Shown here: positions 9,504 through 16,854 of the stretch, one piece after another
Numbering within the stretch: the stretch's first letter is position 1
Layout of the letters: each line of letters opens with the position of its first letter
Assembly: GCF_037902255.1 (NCBI RefSeq)
Contig: NZ_CP147990.1
Location: 840,001 to 872,000, forward strand
Source of the DNA: Candidatus Electrothrix sp. GW3-4
Lineage (GTDB): Bacteria > Desulfobacterota > Desulfobulbia > Desulfobulbales > Desulfobulbaceae
Direction of reading: 5' to 3'
Length of the DNA stretch: 32,000 nucleotides
The notes under the pieces: model-generated
What the model was told of the DNA's origin: nothing
Database searches by the model: none
What the model saw: only the letters and a program-made list of their open reading frames with translations
Translations under genes and position numbers: made by a program

Positions 9504-11855
9504 ATGAACCCTCTTGATCTTATCGGTAATACTCCTCTTGTCTCGTTGCAGAGAATGTGTCCTGCAGGCGCTGGAGAAATCTATGCGAAGCTGGAATGCA
9601 TGAATCCTGGTGGTTCGGTCAAAGACCGGCCAGCCTTGAACATGATTGAGGTGGGTGAGGAGAGTGGAGAACTGACACCAGATAAGATTATCCTGGAGGC
9701 CACCAGTGGCAATACCGGCATCGGCCTGGCTATGGTCTGTGCTGCCAAGGGATACCGTTGTCAGCTCATCATGCCGGAATCTGCCAGTATCGAACGACGA
9801 CAGATCATGCGGGCCTATGGGGCAGAGATTATCCTTACCCCGGCTGCCCGTTCCACAGACGGTGCTATTGAAAAGGCCTATGCCCTGGCCCGTGAATATC
9901 CTGACCGTTATTTTCTCACGGATCAATTTAATAATCCAGCCAACTGGCAGGCCCATTATCAGAGCACGGGCCCGGAGATCTGGGAGCAGACAGAGGGGAA
10001 AGTTACCGATATTATCACGACCTTGGGGACCTCAGGCACGGCTATGGGGCTCTCTCTCTGGTTTCGGGAACATCATCCCTCGGTGCGGGTCATAGCGGTG
10101 GAGCCCTACTTTGGTCATAAGATTCAGGGCTTGAAGAATATGAAAGAGTCCTATAAACCCGAGATTTTTGATAAGTATCTCCCCCATGAAGTTGTCAATG
10201 TCCAGGATGAGGACGCCTTTCGTACTGCCCGTTTGCTGGCTCGGCAAGAGGGGGTTTTTGTGGGGATGAGTTCCGGTGCTGCCATGTTTGCCGCGATGGA
10301 ACAGGCCGTGAAGGAGAAGGAGAGCTATGTGGTGGCTATCTTTCCAGACGGGGGGGAACGGTACCTGAGTACCCCGCTCTTTATTCGCAAGGAGAAACAG
10401 GAAGGCAAGGAGCGGCAACTCTGTCTGTACAATACCATCACTCGCAAGAAAGAAGCCTTTAAGCCGCTGCATGAGGGCAAGGTCACCTTTTATGCCTGCG
10501 GGCCTACCGCCTTTGAGGCACCTAACCTCTCTCATTGTCGCCGCTTGGTAGTTGCTGATCTGATGATCCGCTACCTTCAGTTCAAGGGCTTTGAGGTAGA
10601 ATCTATTATGAATTTTACCGACCTTGACGATAACACCATTGTCGGGGCAGAAAAGGCCGGTGAACCGCTGGCTGAATTTACGGATAAACATATCTCCCAG
10701 TTCCGTGAGGCGATCAATTTTCTCGGCATCAACGATTTCTCCGGTTATCCCAGGGCCTCGGAGCATGTTGGCGACATGATTGAAATCGCCCATGAGCTGA
10801 TCCACAAGGGCTTTGCCTATGAAAAACACGGATCAATCTATTTTGATATTTCCAAGTTCGGTAAATACGGGCAGCTCTCCGGGGTTGATCTGGGCAAGAT
10901 CCAGGTGGGACACACAGTGGACCTGGATGATTATGAAAAAGGGAATCCTCGAGATTTTACCTTACTGAAACGTTCTACTCTGGGTGAGTTGAAAAAAGGT
11001 GTTTTTTACGAGACAGACTGGGGTAATATCCGTCCGGGCTGGCATATTGAATGTACGGCCATGTCCACCCGGTATCTGGGCGAGACCATTGATATCCATA
11101 CCGGCGGGCAGGAACTGCTCTTTCCCCATCATGAAAATGAGAACGCTATTGCTGAGGCCCTGGCCGGAAAACCCCTGGCCAATTATTGGCTTCATTCAGG
11201 CTTGTTGCTCAAAGATGGCAAGAAAATGTCTGCGGAAGCAGGGAATGAGGTCACCCTCCAGGAGGCGATGGAGAAAGGGTATAGCGGGCGGGAAATCCGT
11301 TTTATGCTGCTTGGGGTCCATTACCGAAAATCCATGCATTTTACCTATAAAAAGCTCAATGCCATCCGCAAGGCCTTAAAGAGAATTGACGAGTTTACCC
11401 GAAAGCTGGGCTGCCTGCATCCAGGGCTCCCGCATCCGGTCATTGGCTCGTTGGTTGGGGAGCTGGAGAATCAAGTTACGAGTGCCTTAGATGATGACCT
11501 GAATATTTCCGGTGCAATTGGTGCGTTGTTTGATTTTATCAAAAAGGTCAATCCCATCCTCTACGCGGGCAGTCTGGATCTGGAGCAGAAAAATGAAATT
11601 TTTGCGCTCCTGCGAAAAATGAATCGGGTTTTCGGATTTCTCCGTTTAGAGCAATGTATCTTGGCCCCGGAAATCAACCGGCTGATTGAACAGCGGGAAG
11701 AGGCCCGTCGCCGTCGCGACTGGGCTGCTGCGGATATGGCCCGGACTGAGCTCCTGCAAAAGGGCATCATTGTCCATGATACGGCAAATGGGCCAGTTTG
11801 GGAGCAGGATGAGGCATGTAAGGTTTGTGAGAATGCCACTGGAAATGAACGTTGA
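9504..11855 (+). CDS. Fusion protein: PLP-dependent cysteine synthase (CysK/CysM-like, ~300 aa) + cysteinyl-tRNA synthetase-like domain (~480 aa)
   Basis: One uninterrupted frame. The track starts at TTG 9489; ATG 9504 is more likely. The N-terminal part has NPGGSVKDRPA (PLP lysine), TSGNTGIGLA and LGTSGTAMG. After the linker RKEKQEGKERQ the sequence is collinear with E. coli CysRS (LYNTITRKKEAFKP, ACGPT, GWHIECTAM, HTGGQELLFPHHENENA, RRRRDWAAADMAR..GIIVHDT). Confidence 0.85.
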   Translation: MNPLDLIGNTPLVSLQRMCPAGAGEIYAKLECMNPGGSVKDRPALNMIEVGEESGELTPDKIILEATSGNTGIGLAMVCAAKGYRCQLIMPESASIERRQIMRAYGAEIILTPAARSTDGAIEKAYALAREYPDRYFLTDQFNNPANWQAHYQSTGPEIWEQTEGKVTDIITTLGTSGTAMGLSLWFREHHPSVRVIAVEPYFGHKIQGLKNMKESYKPEIFDKYLPHEVVNVQDEDAFRTARLLARQEGVFVGMSSGAAMFAAMEQAVKEKESYVVAIFPDGGERYLSTPLFIRKEKQEGKERQLCLYNTITRKKEAFKPLHEGKVTFYACGPTAFEAPNLSHCRRLVVADLMIRYLQFKGFEVESIMNFTDLDDNTIVGAEKAGEPLAEFTDKHISQFREAINFLGINDFSGYPRASEHVGDMIEIAHELIHKGFAYEKHGSIYFDISKFGKYGQLSGVDLGKIQVGHTVDLDDYEKGNPRDFTLLKRSTLGELKKGVFYETDWGNIRPGWHIECTAMSTRYLGETIDIHTGGQELLFPHHENENAIAEALAGKPLANYWLHSGLLLKDGKKMSAEAGNEVTLQEAMEKGYSGREIRFMLLGVHYRKSMHFTYKKLNAIRKALKRIDEFTRKLGCLHPGLPHPVIGSLVGELENQVTSALDDDLNISGAIGALFDFIKKVNPILYAGSLDLEQKNEIFALLRKMNRVFGFLRLEQCILAPEINRLIEQREEARRRRDWAAADMARTELLQKGIIVHDTANGPVWEQDEACKVCENATGNER

Positions 11856-11918
11856 TTTATCTTTCGTTCCGCAGTATAATATTGCAGCTTTCTTGGAGAG
11901 CAGAATGATGAAGTATAT

Positions 11919-11995
11919 GCGCCAATAGCTCAGCTGGATAGAGCAACGGCCTTCTAAGCCGTAGGTCGCAGGTTCGAATCCTGCTTGGCGTACCA
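11919..11995 (+). tRNA. tRNA-Arg (anticodon UCU), encoded CCA
   Basis: Hand-folded cloverleaf. Acceptor GCGCCAA/TTGGCGT has a G1-U72 wobble. D arm GCTC-AGCTGGATA-GAGC; anticodon arm ACGGC-CTTCTAA-GCCGT with TCT at positions 34-36; T arm GCAGG-TTCGAAT-CCTGC. Discriminator is A, followed by CCA. Confidence 0.9.
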
Positions 11996-12012
11996 TATAT
12001 ATCAGGGAGTTA
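11945..12012 (+). repeat. attL: tRNA 3' half plus about 17 nt flank
   Basis: aacggccttctaagccgtaggtcgcaggttcgaatcctgcttggcgtacca is identical to 27470-27520. Similarity continues through tatatat..caggg[a/g]gtta. Confidence 0.85.
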
Positions 12013-12039
12013 AGCTGTACAGCTTGACTCCCTGTTTTT
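12003..12039 (+). terminator. Rho-independent terminator after tRNA-Arg (island-supplied)
   Basis: 14-bp stem cagggagttaagct / agcttgactccctg (one G-U pair), loop gtac, then TTTTT. Confidence 0.75.
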
Positions 12040-12262
12040 GTTTCCCCAGCACTATCCCCAGCAGATGAACGGATTTTCGGTTTATCTGTCCCAGCAGAGC
12101 AAAGCGCAAACCACCCGAAAATTTTTTTCGGGGTACTTTTCAGTTTTCTTTTTTCGGGAGAACAACAGCCGTGAAAAAGGCTACCTGTCGTTATGTGAGG
12201 GGCTGACTTTCAGGCAGGGAGAGGGGAAACACAGAAAGCGAGCTGATAGCGTGCGGATTGCG

Positions 12263-12766
12263 TCATTCTCCGTTCCGGGTTTCTTCCAGAACAAAGCGAA
12301 CGTCCAGGTTTTTCAGCATGGTGAAACAGTCGGTATAATCGACCTCAAATTCATGGCAGACATTGGGGATGAGGATTTTTCTCTTTGCCTGCGGGTTGTA
12401 TGCCTCATGGGTTACAACAATACATCCGTGGACTTTGGCAAAGGCTATCAGCCACGGGTCGGCCCCTGAAAGGAAATGTTCAGCTACGCGCTGACTGTGA
12501 TTCTCCACCGCATAGCTGGCAATTGATCTGAAGATTTCCTGAACAGTGGGTTCCGTCACCTCGGCAAAGAAATGAGAGCCTTTTATCTCTTCAGCCCAAT
12601 CTTTCAATTCATCGTTGCCGTTCTGAAGCTCTTCCAGAACAGGAGAAATAGAACCCACTGTCCCGACCCGAAAGACAAGCCAGTCCCAGAAACCGGGGCA
12701 GATAGAAAAATGGTAGTGAGCATTTTTGGCCTGAATAAATACGTTGCTGTCCAGACAGTAATCCAT
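12263..12766 (-). CDS. DUF4411-family (PIN-like) protein
   Basis: 167 aa, MDYCLDSNVFIQAKNAHY... The acidic-residue pattern and length are as I recall for DUF4411. The start lies 1 nt after the stop of the upstream ImmA/IrrE gene, which is the usual partner. Confidence 0.7.
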   Translation of the reverse strand: MDYCLDSNVFIQAKNAHYHFSICPGFWDWLVFRVGTVGSISPVLEELQNGNDELKDWAEEIKGSHFFAEVTEPTVQEIFRSIASYAVENHSQRVAEHFLSGADPWLIAFAKVHGCIVVTHEAYNPQAKRKILIPNVCHEFEVDYTDCFTMLKNLDVRFVLEETRNGE

Positions 12767-12767
12767 A

Positions 12768-13943
12768 TTATTTTCCTGTCAGAAAGTCCGCATATTGTTT
12801 CAGGCCAGCCGGTTTGACCCCCAGCAGAGAACCGGCATCCCGCAACAGCAGTCTTCCTTCAAGGGCCGCAGCCGCCACAGCTTGGGAAAACAGGTTGCCG
12901 TTTCTGAACTTGCGCATGGTGTCGGACTTGGGGCCGCCTGCACTTTCAGCTAATTTATTTTTCTTCTTTTGGTCATAGTGGACAGCCTGCCAATAAAAAT
13001 CCTGCAACGTATCATAGGGCAACACGTCCAGATCGTATCCACGCCGGGCAATAACCAACTGACTGACCCGGTACTGTTGAGCAAGCAGGGCAATATTGTC
13101 CTGTGCCGGAATCTCGCTGTTCCAATCAGTCAGAAATTGCGCTTCAGGAACCAGCACCTCCGCAGCCGTCCTGTTGCAGAAGGTTTCCACCTTCTTTCCA
13201 CGTTTGCCTTTTTTCTCTTTATTCAGCTGAGGGTTGGAAACTCCGCTCTGTCCGATCCAGAGATGAACCAGCTCATGGGCAAGGGTGAAGATTTGCGCGG
13301 ATTTGGCATCACGGGAATTGATAAAGATGAGCGGTGCCACCGGGTCGCTGAGGGCAAAGCCCCGGAACTCATCAACGGACAGCGGGCGGTGGGTGTTGTT
13401 GCCGACAATGGAATTGCGCATGACAAGGATACCGGCATCCTCGGCCTGTTCAATCAGGCAGGTGATGAACTGTTCCCAATTTCGGGCGGAACTGCGGACC
13501 TCATCCACAGACAGCACCTGCCGTATATCCGCTGCTACCACCCGGTAATCATCTGTTACGGAGTAGTTGCCGATAAAGGGCAGCGGCTGTACTCCCTCCT
13601 GCATACGGTATTCCCGGAACCAGTCCTGTTTCCGCAGAATATCGTTGTACAGATCAAGAAATTCAAGGCTGAAACCGGGCATGGTTCTGCTGCCAACAGT
13701 CCGCAGGTCGGGTATATCCGGTTCCTGTTTCGGCGGGGCAGGCAGAAAGAAGTACCCAAACGGCACATGGAATGCCTTGGCAAGGAGTTGCGCCTGTCGG
13801 AAGGTCGGTCTTTTTTGGCCTTCCTCCCAAGCAAGGAACTGCTCTGGACGCACCTTTACCTTATGCGCAGCAGCATCCGTGCTGAACTGCGCCCGTTTTC
13901 TTGCCCAACTGAGCACATGCGGGGTAATAAAGGCTTCAGGCAT
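12768..13943 (-). CDS. XRE-HTH + ImmA/IrrE-family zinc metallopeptidase
   Basis: 391 aa. It has an N-terminal HTH (RPTFRQAQLLAKAFHVPFGYFFL) and a central HEXXH motif (LAHELVHLWIG) in an ImmA/IrrE-like context. Confidence 0.8.
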   Translation of the reverse strand: MPEAFITPHVLSWARKRAQFSTDAAAHKVKVRPEQFLAWEEGQKRPTFRQAQLLAKAFHVPFGYFFLPAPPKQEPDIPDLRTVGSRTMPGFSLEFLDLYNDILRKQDWFREYRMQEGVQPLPFIGNYSVTDDYRVVAADIRQVLSVDEVRSSARNWEQFITCLIEQAEDAGILVMRNSIVGNNTHRPLSVDEFRGFALSDPVAPLIFINSRDAKSAQIFTLAHELVHLWIGQSGVSNPQLNKEKKGKRGKKVETFCNRTAAEVLVPEAQFLTDWNSEIPAQDNIALLAQQYRVSQLVIARRGYDLDVLPYDTLQDFYWQAVHYDQKKKNKLAESAGGPKSDTMRKFRNGNLFSQAVAAAALEGRLLLRDAGSLLGVKPAGLKQYADFLTGK

Positions 13944-14090
13944 GGTGTATCAACCTGTTCGTATTTTTTGCGGGTTTTGTCGTGTCACACAAATATACTA
14001 CCCGATTTTGCATGATATGGAAACGGGGTTCACTGTGAGGAAGGTATTCTTTTGCGCTGTGTTACAACGGATCATCCGGGCACCGGGTCG

Positions 14091-14258
14091 CTGAAGAAAC
14101 GCTTCAGCTCCACCTGTGCCTGTCCTCATGTATACAAAAAGCTGTTTTCCTATACACGGCAACCTGTTCATGTATAGAAAAACGCATTTTCTTTACATGT
14201 ACCGCATCCGAGCGGAACTGCCCAAGCTGTACAGTCAGGATTTATTGAACAATCTCTT
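14091..14258 (+). repeat. Copy of non-coding junction + start of Fic C-terminal fragment (partner 27667-27834)
   Basis: 168 nt align colinearly with 27667-27834 at roughly 85-90% identity by eye, including ...catgtatac..cctatacac..catgtatag.. and ..gcggaactgcccaagctgtacagtcaggattta.tgaacaa. Confidence 0.8.
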
Positions 14259-14279
14259 GCCCGAAGTATACTCCACACC

Positions 14280-14720
14280 GGGGCCAAGGCTGACCGCCCC
14301 GGCCTGACTGATGCCTTAAAATACGTCCGTGAAGGGGATTGCCTCGTTGTCTGGCGGCTGGATCGTTTGGGCCGCAGCCTGAAGCATCTGATTGAAGTTG
14401 TGGAAGGCTTAGAAGAGCAGGGAACAGGCTTTATCAGCCTTCAGGAAGGATTCGACACCACCACCAGCGGCGGCAGGCTGGTCTTTCAGATCTTCGGGGC
14501 CTTGGCTGAATTTGAAAGAAACCTGATCCGGGAAAGGACAAAAGCCGGGCTGGATGCGGCCAGGGCCAGAGGGAGGAAGGGCGGCAGAAAGGTGAAGCTG
14601 AAGCCTCAGCAGATTGCCGCCCTGAAAACTATGTATGAGAGTAAGGCGCATACTGTTGATGAGGTATGCGCTGTGTTTGGGATTAGTAAGCCGACTTTGT
14701 ATCGGTATTTGGAGATGTAG
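14280..14720 (+). pseudogene. Serine recombinase (Hin/resolvase family) remnant R1, lacking N-terminal catalytic-Ser region
   Basis: The in-frame translation GAKADRPGLTDALKYVREGDCLVVWRLDRLGRS...FGALAEFERNLIRERTKAGL...HTVDEVCAVFGISKPTLYRYLEM* matches residues ~60 to the end of small serine recombinases. The sequence upstream is the Fic fragment, so there is no N-terminus. Confidence 0.8.
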
Positions 14721-14723
14721 GGT

Positions 14724-15002
14724 TCACGCAACAGCCAGCCGGCACCCCAACGCCTTGACCACTTTGCTGACCGTAGAGAATCTCGGGTTACCTTCCCCGG
14801 CAAGGGCTTTATACAGGCTTTCACGGTTCAGCCCGGCCTTTTTGGCTACCTCGGTCATACCCTGTTTTTTGGCCAGATACCCCAAGGCGACAAGAAAAAC
14901 CTTGGGATCATCATCCATATAGGCGTTGTTCAGGTACTCGTTGACCTCTTCTCTTGTTTCCAGATAGTCGAACGGGTTGTAGGGTTTTGTTGTAAGTTTC
15001 AT
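14724..15002 (-). CDS. HigA-family antitoxin (addiction module antidote protein)
   Basis: 92 aa. FDYLETREEVNEYLNNAY.., GMTEVAKKAGLNRESLYKALAGEGNPRFSTV..KALG is the typical family pattern. It overlaps the upstream toxin gene by 4 nt. Confidence 0.8.
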   Translation of the reverse strand: MKLTTKPYNPFDYLETREEVNEYLNNAYMDDDPKVFLVALGYLAKKQGMTEVAKKAGLNRESLYKALAGEGNPRFSTVSKVVKALGCRLAVA

Positions 15003-15307
15003 GACTCTTCTTCCCCCAGTTGTTTGACCATGTTTTTTGCCTTTTTTATGTCCCTTTCCTGGGTCGATTTATTACCGCCGCAGAGCAGGAGGATAATCCG
15101 ACCGTCCTGGATCACGTAATACAGGCGATAACCCGGCCCGACAAAGATACGCATCTCGCTGATTTCGCCGCCGACCGACTTAACATCGCCGAAGTTGCCC
15201 AGCTTTGCCCGGTCGAGACGAGCGGCCACGGCGAGTACCGCTTTGCGGTCACGCAGTTTCTTCAGCCACTTGTCGAAAGCGGGCGTGGTTTCTATTTCGT
15301 AGATCAG
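14999..15307 (-). CDS. HigB/RelE-like addiction module killer protein (start codon uncertain or lost)
   Basis: Family homology extends upstream of the track's GTG (15229): ..LIYEIETTPAFDKWLKKLRDRKAVLAVAARLDRAKLGNFGDVKSVGGEISEMRI.VGPGYRLYY. Only CTG (15307) or ATC (15304) sit where the ATG is expected, and an in-frame stop lies at 15338-15340. Confidence 0.6.
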   Translation of the reverse strand: MIYEIETTPAFDKWLKKLRDRKAVLAVAARLDRAKLGNFGDVKSVGGEISEMRIFVGPGYRLYYVIQDGRIILLLCGGNKSTQERDIKKAKNMVKQLGEEES

Positions 15308-15383
15308 GGGTATTTGTAGCCTGTGAGCTACGGTTTGTCAAGGGGAAGGGAATGTTTGTTGATTGATCGGAGTGGGGCGGGTT

Positions 15384-15627
15384 GATCTTCGGGGCATTGG
15401 CTGAGTTTGAACGGAATCTGATCCGGGAGCGGACAAAGGCCGGGCTGGAAGCAGCCAGGGCCAGAGGGAGGAAAGGCGGCAGAAAGGTGAAACTGAAGCC
15501 TCAGCAAATCGCCGCCCTAAAAACTATGTATGAGAGTAAGGCGCACACTGTTGAGGAGGTATGCGCTGTGTTCGGGGTTAGTAAGCCGACATTATATAGC
15601 TATTTAAAAACTCAGAAAATTGAGTAA
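15384..15627 (+). pseudogene. Serine recombinase remnant R2 (C-terminal about 80 aa incl. HTH)
   Basis: IFGALAEFERNLIRERTKAGLEAARARGRKGGRKVKLKPQQIAALKTMYESKAHTVEEVCAVFGVSKPTLYSYLKTQKIE*. It aligns with R1 from 14497 on, at about one nt difference in ten. Confidence 0.8.
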
Positions 15628-15652
15628 AACTATACAAAATATAAGGCTTCTT

Positions 15653-16243
15653 TTATTCATTAGGACATTCATCCGAAGCCGCACTACATAACCCTGTTGT
15701 GCGGCTACAGAATTTATCATCCCAATTATAGCAAGCATCACTTCCATTTGGGCCAGCATCTTTCTTACAACATCTTCCATTAGAAAATTTAATACCATGT
15801 TCCTTTAGTATTAATTTCGCTGCTGCTATATCTTTCATCGTTATAACTTTTTCTTTTTTATCTTTTGTTGAAATTTTTATTTTTTCAGACGAATTAGATG
15901 GTTTCGGGATCTTCATTGCTATAGATAAAAGTTCCAGTGAATCTTTCAATTCACTATTACCTACAATCTTCTCGTCTTCATACCACCTACAATGTAGATG
16001 CCCTTCACATACTGTTTGATTCTTAATATCACTACATTTATTTGCCGTTCCATAACATCCATCAACTACACCGCTACTAGATGAAACATAGGTGCATCCA
16101 CTTTGTTTTATACATTGATCATAATTAGAAATATCTCTGCAAGACAAATTCCACCCCGCACATTCACCCGCAAAAACAAAAGATGGGGTTACAAAAAAAT
16201 AACACAGTATCATTCCAACTAAATATGTTTTTTTCATTTTCAT
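15653..16243 (-). CDS. Secreted cysteine-rich protein A (unknown function)
   Basis: 196-aa ORF in an AT-rich segment. AGGAG lies just upstream, and spacing favours ATG 16237. Signal peptide (MK)MKKTYLVGMILCYFFVTPSFVFA. The mature part has 14 Cys in two clusters separated by a K/S-rich linker. Confidence 0.65.
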   Translation of the reverse strand: MKMKKTYLVGMILCYFFVTPSFVFAGECAGWNLSCRDISNYDQCIKQSGCTYVSSSSGVVDGCYGTANKCSDIKNQTVCEGHLHCRWYEDEKIVGNSELKDSLELLSIAMKIPKPSNSSEKIKISTKDKKEKVITMKDIAAAKLILKEHGIKFSNGRCCKKDAGPNGSDACYNWDDKFCSRTTGLCSAASDECPNE

Positions 16244-16336
16244 CTCCTATTATTAATATAAAATTAATTACCGTTTGTCCTATACACAGATTACCCTTAT
16301 GGGGTAACAATAATGCAATGGTATTCGAAGCACATC

Positions 16337-16696
16337 CTATAAAGTTTTTCGGACGATTAATGGATAATCACTCGAAAAATCAGATATACCTCCGCATGAT
16401 GCACTTGGGGATGAATCGCAAGTAAAATTACAAGCTTCCCCTGTTAAAGAACAACATGCTGAAGCAGCCTCCCCAGTCTCATTATTTCTAATAATACAAA
16501 GTCTGTCTCCAGAACAGGATGGGTCTCCACTTGCACTAACATATGTGGTACATTTATCAATAAATGATGACTTAAAAGATACTGTTTTTTCTACCTTATC
16601 CGATTGTTTTTCTTTGTTTTGTGCCGCTGCTAAATGATTTGAAAGGAAAAAAGCAAAAACAAAACAAACCATTACTCTTGTAACATTTTTTTTCAT
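16337..16696 (-). CDS. Secreted cysteine-rich protein B (unknown function, paralogous motif to protein A)
   Basis: The start at 16696 is preceded by GGGAGGGG. Signal peptide MKKNVTRVMVCFVFAFFLSNHLAAA. The mature part has 8 Cys. It shares C-T-(T)-Y-V-S-[SA]-S-G and a CC doublet with protein A. Confidence 0.65.
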   Translation of the reverse strand: MKKNVTRVMVCFVFAFFLSNHLAAAQNKEKQSDKVEKTVSFKSSFIDKCTTYVSASGDPSCSGDRLCIIRNNETGEAASACCSLTGEACNFTCDSSPSASCGGISDFSSDYPLIVRKTL

Positions 16697-16854
16697 ATCC
16701 CCTCCCTTGTTTATTTTTTTACAATTCATTTTCTACACTAGGTCATAAGTATATCAGTAATTTTTTTTTGTCAACGTATTATAACTATTGATAATAATTA
16801 ACACTCCCATTTTAAAAGAAATAACGAAAAACAGAAATCGTTATTTCGTTCCCC

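Noticed and set aside
9354-10829. Minus-strand ORFs 9354-9956 (200 aa) and 10032-10829 (265 aa)
   Set aside because: They are antisense to the cysteine synthase-CysRS fusion, which has unambiguous family motifs.
12038-12469. 143-aa plus-strand ORF just inside attL
   Set aside because: Its 3' half is antisense to the DUF4411 gene. Its 5' half covers the arm-motif region and a poly-T/poly-A low-complexity stretch, and there is no RBS.
12969-14015. 348-aa plus-strand ORF opposite the ImmA/IrrE gene, and 13567-14094 (175 aa)
   Set aside because: They lie fully within or antisense to a motif-supported CDS and have no recognisable features.
14116-14307. 63-aa ORF (MPVLMYTKSCFPIH...), mirrored by the first ~28 codons of ORF 27692-28018
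   Set aside because: The apparent conservation reflects the nucleotide repeat (TATAC-rich junction). No RBS is present, and real Fic homology begins only at ..RIRAELPKLY. I treat it as read-through of a scar, not a gene.
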